Below are positions 23,469 to 36,900 of a DNA stretch of 64,000 nt, piece by piece. Below the pieces are notes generated by a model. The model had not been told where the DNA came from, searched no databases, and worked only from the letters and a program-made list of their open reading frames with translations. The position numbers and the translations under genes are program-made. The DNA comes from Marsupella aquatica (taxonomy: Eukaryota > Plantae > Marchantiophyta), in the NCBI GenBank assembly GCA_973895155.1, contig OZ316895.1, positions 1,626,994-1,690,993 on the forward strand, read 5' to 3'. Each line of letters opens with the position of its first letter. Position 1 is the first letter of the stretch.

Positions 23469-24200
23469 ATGTACCAACCTGACAATACTTGCGTTCAACG
23501 CTGGTTTGCAGAGCTGACTGGCTATGAAACGTGCAATGAATGCAAGGGCCTGATCGTCGATGTCGGATCCACCACTCACACTTCCCACAATTCCCACTCT
23601 TCACCCTCCCCGCACTCCCTCGGTTCGCCAACTTTTGAGCCCAGCATATTGCAGCGAGAGTCCGAAGAAGAACCTCAACAACCTATTCATGGTCAAACCA
23701 TTCAGAACAACATCACCGCCACTACCACAGGGGCCGTCAATTGCCAAAATTGTCAGAAACCTGCAAAAGGTTGTGTGATTCCATACAAAGAAGAGCCTCA
23801 CAACTCCGTCTCCAACACGAGAATGATATGGGAATGCCGAGGACTGAGAAATTTCTACCCTGGCTTCATCCGACCGGCCCCTGGACCTTGCAGCGCTTGC
23901 CGAAGGACGATAGGGCCCCATCCTACCAAATGCCCTGGTTGCAACCACAGATATATGATGCAAATTGCAGAGAACCCGCAACGTCCCCATGGCTACGTCG
24001 GTAAAAGGCCTCCCTTCGGTCAAGCGGGATGGAGGGTAGCTCGCGGCCATCGCAAACCCAAGCCCGTCACCCTGAACAGCTACGGTTGCTACATGCAACG
24101 AAAACCGAGTTGTTACAGGGGTGCGGATAAGGAAAACTTCACTCATCTTGGGCAACCTCCTTCTATGCTGGTCAACTTCAAGGGTTGCCCTAGAATGTGA
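23469..24200 (+). CDS. Hypothetical single-exon protein with four CxxC motifs (243 aa)
   Basis: 732-bp ORF with CNEC, CQNC, CSAC and CPGC. An acceptor-like TTGTGTAG lies just before the ATG. No family recognised. Confidence 0.55.
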   Translation: MYQPDNTCVQRWFAELTGYETCNECKGLIVDVGSTTHTSHNSHSSPSPHSLGSPTFEPSILQRESEEEPQQPIHGQTIQNNITATTTGAVNCQNCQKPAKGCVIPYKEEPHNSVSNTRMIWECRGLRNFYPGFIRPAPGPCSACRRTIGPHPTKCPGCNHRYMMQIAENPQRPHGYVGKRPPFGQAGWRVARGHRKPKPVTLNSYGCYMQRKPSCYRGADKENFTHLGQPPSMLVNFKGCPRM

Positions 24201-26035
24201 CAATCTCTAAAAAATCATGTGGAACAAATCCAATTCCCTTCAAGGCTTTCCCGGAGAGCAACAACGAAAGGACCCAGCGCGAAACAGCTACACCCGTCTT
24301 GAGGAGCCGGAAACTGTTACATCAATCGCCAGTCTCTTGAGCTCTGTGTGGTTCAAACCTCTACAATCAAGGCACCATAGGTGTGCAATTAGAACTTCAT
24401 TCATCACACAGATAAAAGTTTCCCGTTGAAATTTTCATTGCTCCCACTCTTCAGGAATGATGAATTTCAACATCATCCCTAATCCACTTAATATTCAATA
24501 AATTCTCTCCGATTCAGCTTTGCATATTTGTTACAGCGCATGTCCATAATTGTGTGAGCTGGTTTCAGCAAATGTCAACAATCAAATGGCCACAGTCAAT
24601 TGCAATGATTTCCTAGTTATCATGAATAAGAACGGCAAAACAGGGATGTCTAGAGGAAGACACCTTAACAAAGATACGATTACCCATTTTCGAAACACAG
24701 CCTATCGACGTAGGCCTACGCCACTTGCTCAGTGACGGTCCAATTGGGGAATCAGGACAAAATTGACTCCAATCACTGAAGGGAATAGTGAGATTCAGAC
24801 TCGACCTATGCCCATGAACCCTTACGGCCAGTTTAATGAAAACCAAATTTCCCCATGTACTCTCGGCATTTAGACGTGTTGAGGTTGACCTATTAAATTA
24901 GCAAACAGAAAAGGAGTCCATACATTTCCATACTCTGAAAAGACCTACTCCTGGACAAGAGGGTGACCGGCCTCTCTATTGTGCCTTCGAGATCTCTCAC
25001 TGCATTCATAGTCACCTCATTCAAAATACTACAATTTGATGACAACTGTGGGAAGAGATATTCTTAGACAAATAGTACAGAAACGACGTCCCAAGTAATG
25101 CCTTTCGCGTTGCTAGAAGGTACTGTGGTAGGGGTATTAGAAATCAGTCTGTCTTGAACACAGAAACCGCAGAGTGAACGTTCACTCCCCACTTCAGTTT
25201 ATTCAGTATGTAGGTAAGCTCTTGGCAGACCTGAAAGTTGACAAGTGGCATTCTAGGAGATGTAATTGACCTCTAGCCCTACCACAAATCAGATGTTAAA
25301 TGAAGGAACGAAAGCCGCACAGCGCTGCGTCCACAGGCCATTTTGGAGAAATGCCACAAATGAGTCGGTTATAAGCTCCTTGAGTGGACATGATGTCCTA
25401 AAGCTGCAGGTCACAGAAGAGCGTCAGTGGCAGTGAAAGAAAGAATACGTCTTCATCTGATAGTTCACTGACTATTCATCATTTCCAGATAAATAATCGG
25501 TTCCTTAAATACAGACCCACGGAAAACACTACTATCTGGATCAGTTGTCTGATTCCTCTAGAGGTGGTGCGTGTTTCAAGCTAGTTCCACTTCAGGCAAT
25601 TCGTGCCTCCATCGAACAACTCTCTGAGAAGATGAGAGTTTCTGAGAAGATGAGAGTCAAAATGTGGTCATTTAAAATTCCGAACCCCAACATTTCCAAT
25701 TCTCTGCATAAGCAGGCTGAAAGGGAGTAGAGCTGTCCACAAGCCTCAAATGTAACATTCACCGTCACGGATACTCTAGATTGTATCTAGGGATCATTGC
25801 AAGTTACTACGTCTGCTAAAGCATAATAAAGATTTCAAGTACTCAAAATTCCGAGGGTATACTCTCTCTGGATAGTAGGGATATCTGGAGAATTAAACTA
25901 TCCTACTCGCATCTCGACATCCGACCGTATCCTGGACTTCACAATTCTGAACAGACTTCAGAGTATCAACTGATCAACAACTCCTCTCCACACATCATGT
26001 AAATATCACAACAATACATACCTGGACATTGTAAT

Positions 26036-29000
26036 TCAAGTTCCAGCATTTTCCTTCTCCATTGCAACAAGCAGGGCTAGTCTCTCATATACCTGTAATT
26101 GTTTTAATTTTGCGAGGTCAGCCAAAACTGCACTTGAAAACCAAAACTAAACCAACCAATGCGGCGATTTTGCTACAGTGAGGAACTTTGTGCCAGTTCC
26201 ATATAACACATAGCGTTTGCCTGATGTCACTCCAAAGGGCAAGGGAAGGTTTCCTTCTGTTGCGAGAACACTACCAAGAACCGTAAATGTGGACAAATTG
26301 CCCGAGTTACTATACTACCTTCAAGCTAATACTGGTCTTTGTCCGTATCCCAAGAAGCAATACCCCTGTGGACTAAAAGCAGGTTTTTCCAGTCCACAAA
26401 ATCAACTGGAGAGCCCATACACCCAGAAGAGTTATAGAAGCAAATCAAGTTCATATCGATTCTAGCAAGCCCAGGGTACACACGCAGGATATAACCGAAC
26501 ATCGCAGCTGTAACGCTTTCTAAGAAGATGGGCCAGAAATGACACCATAGGCTACCTAGGGATGTCCGTATAGAGCCGGCAGAGATTTTGAGAAAACATA
26601 GAACTTTTCAGGTCTTTGTTCAGAACACTGAAATAAGCAGTAATACCTCCGGTAATAGAGAATTTGCGGTCCCACTGTTGCTCTTGTCCGGCATGTTAAC
26701 CTCATTGCCTCCAGTCGTAGTTCGCTGCAGTGCAACATTGGTTTTCTCATCCATCTGCTGATGCAGTGATAACCCCAAGAATCATTACTTCGGTACTAAA
26801 ACGAACAATTCCCCTAAAATCATTTGTTCACCATTTAGCGATCGAACATTTTACCAGTTGTCAGCTCTAAAATGAACTGTCCAGGTAGCTCCCGTGACCG
26901 CGAAGTTTGAAATTTACATCTCATAAATCCTTTATATGAACCCTTCTGTGTGCGAATCGAAGCAACAACAACAAGAATCTAATCTATAGAAATCAGACAA
27001 CGCGCAAGCTAAACAAATCTTGAATTGACCAGAACTTTCTATAACATCTATTTTACGGACCTTTGAGCGTTCCGTCTTGTTGTCCTTTATTTCACGGTCA
27101 AGCCCTTTCCATCCTAAACGCTGTGACTTTTGTTGTACGTCAGGTGACTCTGTCGGATCTGACTTATCGTACCTGCCATATTTACTTGCAATTAATTGAG
27201 TATGGAAAATGACATCCCAAAGAAGTTCCACAGTTGCATTTCAACCCTTTGGGGACAGTGTTGGATTCAAAGCTGCCAAGTTTTTTAGAAGTTTCTGCAT
27301 TATAAAAATGCTCCTTAGAATTGCACTGAACAACTATGCTTGAAAGCACATAATGTCTGAAGCACGCCAGCACCAAATGCCTAACTGGTCTACATATGCT
27401 CACCACTCACGACGCAGGCCAGCCACTTCTCGGGCCTTGTGATTGAAAGGTCCATGCAAATGTACGTCGCACTCCTTCAGGATTTCTGCAGACAATAAAA
27501 ACGTCCAACGGAATTTCTCTCTTATGAACGCTCTGACAGAATAAAATGACACATGTAGCGAACACTGACAGCTCATATCCTTGAAATCAGGGGACAACAA
27601 CAGATCTAACAAGTTTAATCCGGAGTGACCCAACCCATGAATTAGAACAAACTAGTAAAGCCAGGGGCACGCAGATAAGAACTTGTCATCATCACATATA
27701 AAGTTATTACCTACCTTGAAATTCATCACCAGGGTCGACCCCCATCTTTTCACAGATTCGTAGGAAATGGAAGACTCCAACACCAACATGAGCAACTTCT
27801 TCTTGACCAATTCGCCTCACAATTGCGGCACTTCGATGGTCATCAAGACCTAGTAGCCTCTTCACTAGCCTAGGCCCAGCATCCAACCCTCTAGCTTCCT
27901 ATATGAGCACAGCGTACGATCCATTATTTTAGCTCGAGATAAGGCAACTATTTTACCTTCGTTCCAAAGTTCATATAAAACATGAACATTGACATTTGAC
28001 TTCAATTAACTGGATACGTAGAGTAAATATTTTAGAACTTTTATTTTGCACCAGTGAGTACACCCTTACAAGACTTCAGAAATAAAGCACTCGAGCTTCG
28101 CTATGTCACTCACCTGCATCATTGGAATAACGGCCAGGCGAGATTTTACATTTCCCGAGGTTTTTATGCAGTCCTGCCAAAGCAAATTGTGGGCTGGCAT
28201 GTCTCCATAACTGAATCAAGCGCACCATGAAACGACAGACCGAATCAGGAATATGCATAGTACACCCTTATTTCGAAAAAGTTTTCTGGACTGATTAAAT
28301 AATACCATAACACCACTCTTTTTGAGCGGTATCAAATATTGAACATACCTATATCCAAGTTCGGCCAGACGCTGGGAACACCATCGAAAATGACGGCTCT
28401 CGTCATCAGCAACGTGAAGGAAATCGGCAAAAAAAGGTCTTCCGAGTTCTTCGCTGGCGTGAGAGAACCGAACAACAGTGTCCCAGGCAAGATCGATGGC
28501 ATTCAGCTCGATATGAGCTAAGTTATGCAGCATATGCGCACTGTGGGGAAGAGAACACTCCTTGGGTCCAGGGACTTGCCTTGGTGGGACCTAAATGCAA
28601 CAAACAAGCAGCGAGTGACCGAGTCAGATGGGACCATCCTCCTATCAACGTTTGGAGCACACACTAAGCAATAAGCTTACGATCCCTCAGGAACAGATAG
28701 CAAGCTGTTGAACTTCAACAACCGGCCTGCGAAATTCTTCATCCATATCAGCAAATGACAACCAGCCATTTGTCTAACTAGACAAACTGCAGCGAGACCA
28801 AGAAAACAGATTGATAATTCATAGTGAGCTGAGGGCAAAGGGCAAAGGGCAAAGGGCAAAGGGCTCATTTTAATCATGAAAATTGTGAAAGAGCGGTCGC
28901 ATCGATTGAGTGGGGTTGTGTTCATTGACACATTAAACATCAAAACATGAATTCCATTGCCTCGGGACTCGTACTTTGAAAGAGCAGGCTTACCAGTTCT

Positions 29001-29434
29001 GGCTTGGGTGGCCTTCCTGGAGAGTCAGGTGCAGATGCAACTCCAATATCCAATTGGCCATTTGTCCACAAGCAGTAAGCCTGATGAGTTAGCCACGCTT
29101 TCAGCAGCGGGTCCGCAGTGACCAGCACGAGATGTCCCCAGCTAGCTAAATCTCCAATTTCCAATTCATGCCCACTTACAGCAGTACCTGTGCCAGTGCC
29201 TGCTCTTGTTACCAGCGACTGTTGCTCAATCTTCCCATTTGTTGTTACACTACTAGTAATGGCAGCACTGTGTTCTAAGCTACCCACACCGCCACCACCA
29301 GGAAAGGGCTGTTGTTTTTCTACGACAGGGGAATTCTTCGTGCCCCAGACACGGCGTTCGTCGATGGGTGCAGACCGCCAGGCGTCAAGGCCCTTCCAAG
29401 CGGAGACACCGTTCCCGACCACTTCGTCAGCCAT
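26036..29434 (-). CDS. DUF455 ferritin-like diiron protein (At1g06240-like), about 7 exons
   Basis: Spliced motifs PGRPPKPEL|VPPRQVP...MLHNLAHIELNAIDLAWD...VADDESRHF|YGDMPAHNLLW...RLAVIPMMQ|EARGLDAGP...EEVAHVGVG|...GPFNHKAREVAGLRREW|YD...|VYERLALLVAMEKENAGT*. Confidence 0.9.
28832..28864. repeat. (GGGCAAA)4 intronic microsatellite
   Basis: Read directly from the sequence. Confidence 0.9.
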
Positions 29435-29685
29435 CAAAAACTCTCACGAAGCTCTCTTCTTTCTTCCCACTCTGCGTGATGATGTCAAATACACGCAGAG
29501 TGTCCATCGGGCATCACAGTAGCCCAAATTCTCAACAATTCATGTCAGTTTCCATAGATCACACACTTCGCTGTCTTTCGTATTGAGAAGAGGTTTTATC
29601 CCTGTTTTTGTGCTTTATCTCCGGTTTTTGTCCTCATGGTCTTCTTCGTTCGATAGATTGTGTGGGTTGCATTTGCAGGGCAGAA

Positions 29686-29858
29686 GTCTCAAGCTTTCAC
29701 CACCCTTTGTAGAGGGGATACAGTTGGTTTTATCCATGACCCTCCTATGAGGTTTACTCCTGGTCTCAAGCTTTCACCACCCTTTGTAGAGCCAAGGCAG
29801 TTTCTGAATAGATTCCCTTCCATGACCCTCCCATAAGGTTTGTATGAGGTTTACTCGG
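29686..29858. repeat. About 77-bp imperfect direct repeat
   Basis: GTCTCAAGCTTTCACCACCCTTTGTAGAG and TCCATGACCCTCC...AGGTTTACTC each occur twice. Confidence 0.85.
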
Positions 29859-29872
29859 GAGCTCTACCAGAC

Positions 29873-30196
29873 TTTTCAATTATTTGTCAAATAGGGTTTT
29901 AGTTGTTAGTTAGCTTCTTTGTGTATTTTTAGTTGTTGTGGGCAACTATTTGGTTTTCAATTATTTGTCAAATAGGGTTTTAGTTGTTAGTTAGCTTCCT
30001 TGTGTATTTTTAGTTGTTGTGGGCAACTATTTGGTTTTCAATTTTTTGTCAAATAGGGTTTTAGTTGTTAGTTAGCTTCCTTGTGTATTTTTAGTTGTTG
30101 TGGGCAACTATTTGGTTTTCATTTTTTTGTCAAATAGGGTTTTGGTTGTTAGTTAGCTTCCTTGTGTATTTTTAGTTGTTGTGTGCAACTATTTGG
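29873..30196. repeat. 81-bp minisatellite, 4 near-identical copies
   Basis: Units TTTTCAATT(A/T)TTTGTCAAATAGGGTTTT...CAACTATTTGG start at 29873, 29954, 30035 and 30116. Confidence 0.95.
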
Positions 30197-31991
30197 TTTG
30201 TTGGGCCTCTTTGGTTCTCAGTGTATTTCCCGTTTCCCTCCCTTTATTGAGTCTTTTTGCCTATGGGATCATGTCTCCCGGTTTAGCCTTCATCTAATTG
30301 GCAGTGTGATGTGTTTTGTAAAAGGTCTCAATGGAGCAATCAGTAGAAGAGGCCTTCTGTTAGAGAGAGGATGTCCACATCAAATCTATGTCAAGCTAGC
30401 TGCGTGTCAAAAGCTGTGCCCACACATTCTGGTACCTTTTGACCAGTAACTTTGACCAGCAAAGTTTGAGAGGGGATTCAAGGCATACCTCTTTCACCCA
30501 ATAACCCATGTGATTTCACTATCCAGAACACCTTGTTCATGGAAACTGTCCATGAGAAGCAATTGGAAGCTTTTCATTGCCTTCATTCATCTGTATATGT
30601 ATTAATCTAAACACTAAAATATGTGATCCTGTGCATTGTTCTCATGCTGGTAGCTAAGAAGTCTCCCCAGCCATTTGATCATGGTGACATTTTTTCCTAG
30701 TCAAAAGATGAACCCAAAAGTGTCACTATGCATTCTGTCCACATCCAACACCCATCAATCTCCCTTTAGCTTGCACATTCCTTGAAATGGTAGCAAGCTG
30801 ACCATTGGTGTGCTAAGATACTACTTGGTTTAGGGTTCTTCATAACTGAAGGTCGCACCGCCTCCTACCCGCAAACCAAAAAGGAGGGGATTCTCAGTCT
30901 ACGCTATGCAAAGACTCACCAATCAGGCCATTTGGTTCTGATTCGTTAATTTCGGGAGACATGGTCCATGCCTGGGCAACGCACTTTATCGGACGGAAAT
31001 ATATATACAACCAAATATAATTACTGGAATAGTTTATTATGGATTCTATCCTTTTTCCCTTTAAAGAATGTCAGGTTAATTAAGGCTGGGTTCCATGGGC
31101 ATACTTTTGCTTTAAAGCATTTCAGGTCAGTTAGGGAGTACATATGTGTTATTACAATGTTTGAGCCAATAAGATCTTAAAACTTTCTTAAACTCTTATG
31201 GTTTATAGATCCATAGGTGTCACCTAAATAGAGAGCTTCTCAAAATAGAGTCTAGAATTATACAATACTTCTCTTTCAATCATAAAGAATCGTACCTATA
31301 AAGGTACATTGACTCCTACATTCTACTTAATGCAATTATCTCACCCAAAAAGTTCAGTAATTTTCTCTTCACTTTGAAGGTATGAATTTATTTCCATTAC
31401 CTTTCAGACAATCATTCTCTCAATACTTTTGAATACAATGTGATAACTTGTGTTTTATCAACGAGTTAAATAAATAATACACTACTTAAATTACAATAGA
31501 TTTTATTATAAATAAATCTAAATAGCTCTATTTAGAACCGGCCAACTATATTCAAAGGGATTAAATACATTATAGGTGTGTGAGAGGTTTGTTGGGTGGC
31601 TATTGTGTGTGGCTCATTAGATGCAAGGGGACAAAATGATGGAATAGCAAAAATGTTAGGGTACTGACAAAATACATTTTCACCAGGTTCGCGTTCAGGC
31701 AAACCATCTGTCCACTCTGAGCGAGAGAGGACAAGGTCCAAATTGGGCCTCATATTAATTTGAAGTTAACGAACTATGTGTGACTCATTATCCCTATTTA
31801 CCAAGTTGAAGGTTGGGTGGTGGGGTGCTGAATACCCACTTGAAACCCCCTTCTGTTCTACATACACCCGCTTGTCTCTCCACTCATTCCTCCAGTCACA
31901 TTTCTGCATCGAGGGGGAATTGGACGTGAGACCTTGATATGTTTCCCAGCACTTCTACCGTGAGCTTCATCCTATCCTTATGATTACGGCA

Positions 31992-32746
31992 AACAGCTTT
32001 TTACTATCCTGTCCCCCAAACTGAGCTCAATTATTAAACTACGCCCAAAATTATCTTAATTGCTAGGTTGGCCCCCATTCTGTATATATGACAGAGTTAC
32101 TTTCACTGTTTTAGGTAACCCCAGGTGATTTCTCATTGGTGGATTGACACTTGGTGAGGCGCTATTGGCTCCACCTTACCCTGACTGAGTTTACCCTCAC
32201 CCGAATGGCTCTTTCCCATTTTTTGAATGAGCCCTACACCGAACATGGCTGGCCTGTCCCCCTCTCAATTTTCAGGCAGTACTTTGGCCCAAATGTGTGT
32301 TTGTTTACACATGGACAAAATGTATACGTTTGGGGCCTCTTCCTTTAATTAGAGAAGTGGGAGTAAGGTGAATCATCGGGACCCAAGGATCATCTTGCCC
32401 CTATGGAGTGTGTGGGACCCTACTTTTGAAAGGAAATTGCAGCACCCAACCAGCCAGGTCGCCAGGGTTGGGATTGAAACTTGCAGCCAGCCCTGCTCGG
32501 TGCAGAGCTTGTTCAAAAAATGGGAAAGAGCGAGCAGGGTGAGGATAAACTTGGCCAGGGTAGGGTGGAGCCAATAGCGCCTCAACACATCATGCTAGTC
32601 CACCAATGAAAAATAAACTTGGGTTGCCTAAAAATGGTTAATGTCCCCCATATATACAGCATGGGGGGCAACCTAACAATTAAAATAATTTTGGGGGTAG
32701 GTTAATAATTTAGCTCAGTTTGGGAGACACCAAAGTAAAAACTGTT
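31992..32746. mobile_element. Foldback/MULE-like non-autonomous element with imperfect inverted arms of about 260 bp
   Basis: About 31992-32252 is the diverged reverse complement of about 32485-32746 (e.g. TGAGGCGCTATTGGCTCCACC / GGTGGAGCCAATAGCGCCTCA). Mirror ORFs starting RRYWLH appear on both strands. No clean TSD seen. Confidence 0.7.
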
Positions 32747-33930
32747 CCAGCAAAACTTTTATAACAGTAAAATCTGCACAACTACAAGGGCATTCAAGTA
32801 CTTTCCTTTGTGTGACTCCCCCTTTTGTTCTCCCATCCAATCAATGGAGACCACCTTCTTGTGGGTTCATCATGGATGCGCAATGCGATAATTACAAAGA
32901 AACTGCTAGCTCCTTGCTAAACAATACGTACTCCAAAGAAACACTTTCGAAGCTTGGACAAAGCCAGAAAAGAGATGACTAATATAAACTACAATCTTGA
33001 AACTGCAACAAGTGCAGACTGAGTGAATGAAAATACAAGACTGCACTGGAAGGCCTGCAAGCGCATGTCTATGACTAATTGCTCCAGAAGGCTTGTAAGG
33101 TGAATGTATGATCATCCACATCTGTAAAAGCTGAATTGGCTCCCAAACGGTCACAGAGATACTTCAATAATCCAGCCAAGTCTCAGGAGACGTGTAAGAC
33201 AGACTATTCCTGTTTCTCAAATCAAGTGGAGAGCGATGACCAGTTTGAAAACTAACGTTCACAGAGTGCCGATACAATTTGCAGATTCTTATTTTCCGTG
33301 TAGAGGCGATACTTAAGGAACATCTAACTCCGATACACTTCGACCCTCTTGTGACAGGACTCATCAAAAAGAATTCTTTCAAAGATAGCCTCCGCATCCA
33401 CGATTTCCCAGACATACCATTTATAAGATTACCCTTCATTTAACCACTAGTTCCACAGAACAAACTAGGATGAGGATACACAAATCTTGTAACCGGGCTG
33501 CTTTGTAGCCTCACACTGCAATGATGGCACTGCCACTGGCTGTTTCATCCTTAAGTCACACCTAAGCGAAGAAGGTTCACAGCCTGCTATATCTGGCACT
33601 AGGATGTTAGCACTGATAATGTGACAGGGCCTAAACTAGTTCCCCAGAGCAAATGCTGTCTCGTTAACAGTCACGCATCTCAATCCTGTGGTACCAAATT
33701 TTGAGACCGATATGATCAATCTATGCTACTCTTCTTGGCTTCTATTAGAAGCGCCTTTGTCGGCTGTTTTATTCTTTTTCCAGTCTATCCACTTCAGCAT
33801 TCTTCTTCCTCAATAATCCTCCTTACTTCAGCTCCAATCTTGCAGCCTCTTTGAACAGTTGCTCATGGAATTGACACTGACATAAAGGGGAAAGTCCGTG
33901 CAGGCCATCCACACGCCGTCCATGCTTTTG

Positions 33931-36900
33931 CTAGGAATCATAATAGAGTCGCCTTATTTGGTCTTCCGAAGCAGGAATCAGTGTTATAGGACACCGCTTA
34001 TACTGAAATAAAGAATTACCAGACAAAAACAGTTCAAATAAGTGTTGTAGACTTTAAAGACTTACAATCAATTTACATCAGTGGCCAAACATGGAGAATC
34101 CTCAGGTAACATACACATAGTTGAGAGTTTAGCTAGCTTTGATCAGAATATAACTTTCTCTGGGGAAATAAGAACGTTTCAGAGACACACCTGAGTAATA
34201 TAGTTGAAGATACAGGGATAGCAAAAGACATAACCAGAAACAGCTGCCATAGATGGATTCGTTCTCTTTTGTAAACAAAGAGGACAAATTGTTCTGTCGG
34301 CAGGTAAAGGAATCCCATTCTTTGCCACCTGCAAAGAGGTGAACGCTCTCGCAAGTATTCATAACTCATGATCTCTCCAACTATAAAAGGGACTAACGTC
34401 ACCTACCATCTTTCCAAGGTAAATTCCCTCATCAAGTCTAAACTGGGTGACATTCAACATCTCGACGAAGACATACCTCATCACATACAACGAAACAGTG
34501 AAATTTGGACAAGAGAAATTTCCCAACCATCAATGCATAAGATCATTACAACTATCGACCTACAGTTTACAAGGACTCGACTGACTGCAGACTACAACTG
34601 AATTGACGTGGACTACGTCACTGAGAATCACCCACACCCCCAACGGAAGCCAGGACCAGAATGAATGAGTCAAACTAGGCCAAGAAAGGCTGTTTGGGAG
34701 CAACTGCAGCATCAGACACGGCTACAAAGAAACCTTTTTACTCAATTAAAGAAAGAAAAGCAGCTTAAGAGGGATGGAGCAGTACCTTGGGAGGCGGAGG
34801 TGGTGGTGGTGGTGGATAAACTGCCGGAGCTGACACTCTTTGCTCTGCTGACTGATACCACCATTCTACCATCTGGGTCACTCAAGAACATCCACATCAA
34901 GGCAAAGATAAGCAAAAACTCCCTCCACCCCAATGAGAAGTCTACTTCTCCAATGACGCTTTGACATTGCGTGCTCTTAACAGCAAGATCCATCACTCTT
35001 AAGAGTTCATTGTGTAGATAGATTGAAGCAAGTTTGGATAAATCTCTTGCGTTTCCCTAGAAGAGAAGTGTGTGTAGTATAAACTTGTACCTTGAAAATG
35101 AAAACAGCCGCAATAAGTCCAGACTGCGCATAATCCAGAACTCCATAAGCTGTCCGAAGTAACGCACGCTGCACAGACTGCACTTGCGAACAACAGATCA
35201 TGTAAGAATCAACGAAAACTTCTAAAGAGACGTTTCCATCACTCAAACCATCCTCTCAGAATTTGAACATGCGCATCATCAAATATGATTATACAAAAAA
35301 GGTTACAGGGGACTCTCACGAGGAAAAAACCTGGATTATTGGTGGTCCTCGGAGCCTTTCAAATTCATTACGCCTTGCCTCAGCAATATGCCTTGAAGCA
35401 TCCATCTGTCGACAACGAACAAAAGGACGTCAAAAACTTCCCCAAAATGCAAACAACCTCTTCCCTCTTTTAAAGGCAACCATGATGAAGCCATCTCATC
35501 GTAGAAAATTATCTCTCAAGTTGGGTTATTCAAGGCTGCCAGAAGGGGGAAGAAAGAGAATGTGTTGCCCACCTACCAGCTCCTGACCTGAAGCTCGGCA
35601 AACTTGAATTCCAAGTATGTGCAAAGCTGGGGAGATATATTTTGAGGAATCAAGAAGGTAAAAAAGTTGATAAGCAAATGACAAACCTGCGATCATGAAA
35701 CCGGACAATGAGCATTTCCATGAGAAACAAAACAAAGCCTTTGCCCCTCACTCCCTACAACACTTGCTGTGCCTCGAGAGCTCCACAACTCGGTTTTGTC
35801 TTTCCAAAATCTCCGAGGATCCTTCTTTCTGCTATCCGGCAAGGTATTCAACTGACGTTTCAGGAGATTTGTTGACCAAATCCCACATATAGGACACAAT
35901 CTACACTCATCAAGGCAGGTGGCTCTATAGTCCTGCACTGCGTTGATGCCACAAGGATGATTCAAGGCCTCTCGAGCTTCTCTTAAAATCAGCAATCACT
36001 GAAGCAACAAAGATGTGTAAAAAGCAAAGAAGCCCATGACCATGTAGTACAAGAATGGCAATTCACTATTGCTACTGGGGGAGTCATACCTTCATTAGTG
36101 GCATGCAGCCATGGATATATGAACAAAAAGAACCTCCCCAGCCTAGTTTTCATGCGCTGGACTAAGGAATTCCTTGAAGATAACTCATGATCCCTCCTGA
36201 TTCGCTCTGAATCGTCAACAATGCTTTCCATTTCCATCATATCTGCGTCGCCATTGCCCCAAAAAGCAGCACGAAGGGCACCCCCCCTGTGGGCATTGAA
36301 GGCTGCCTCCATCTTTGATTTCAGGTATGGGAGACCAACCTGTGAAGAGAAGAGGGACACTGTTGAAGAAAGTGTTGAGAAGAACCCATCGCTTTCTTAC
36401 AGATGATAAGACTTAACCAATTTGTAAGGATGTGACAGGACTCTAGATTTTTCCCTCTAGACTAATACCAATCCTGTGCCAACAGCAACTTCACAGCAAT
36501 TATCAACCAATAAAATCGCCATTCGATACACGAACAATAAAAGCATGTTTAGGGCCAAAAACTCATACCAGAAACAAAACTGAAAGATTCCTCTGACGTT
36601 TGGAGATTAGGTCCAGTCTAGGTGACGGTTGGTCCCTCTGCCCAACAAGGGCAACAAGGTCACTCGCATCTGACGTAGACGCTGCGAGATCTGACCTCCG
36701 CCGAAGCCCATAAAGTGCCTCTGCAAATGAGGCATCTGAGGTGCCAAAGGACATTTGTCACTGACTCAACATACATCGATATTATAGCAGAAATGCACTA
36801 CGCAAATTGTATGATCCAGACGGTAGAAACAGAGCAAGGGCATCCCCTTGTTCGTGTCTGCCAGACCACAGGAGGGCACAGAGAGACTATTGCAACAAGA

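Noticed and set aside
29873-30196. Regular repeat array resembling CRISPR
   Set aside because: Head-to-tail 81-bp units without unique spacers, no cas genes, and a eukaryotic context.
33823-33933. PEX12 stop TAG-CAA followed by 35 open codons (possible readthrough)
   Set aside because: Context only partly matches the UAG-CAR-YYA signal, the extension ends in no targeting motif, and the length is compatible with chance.
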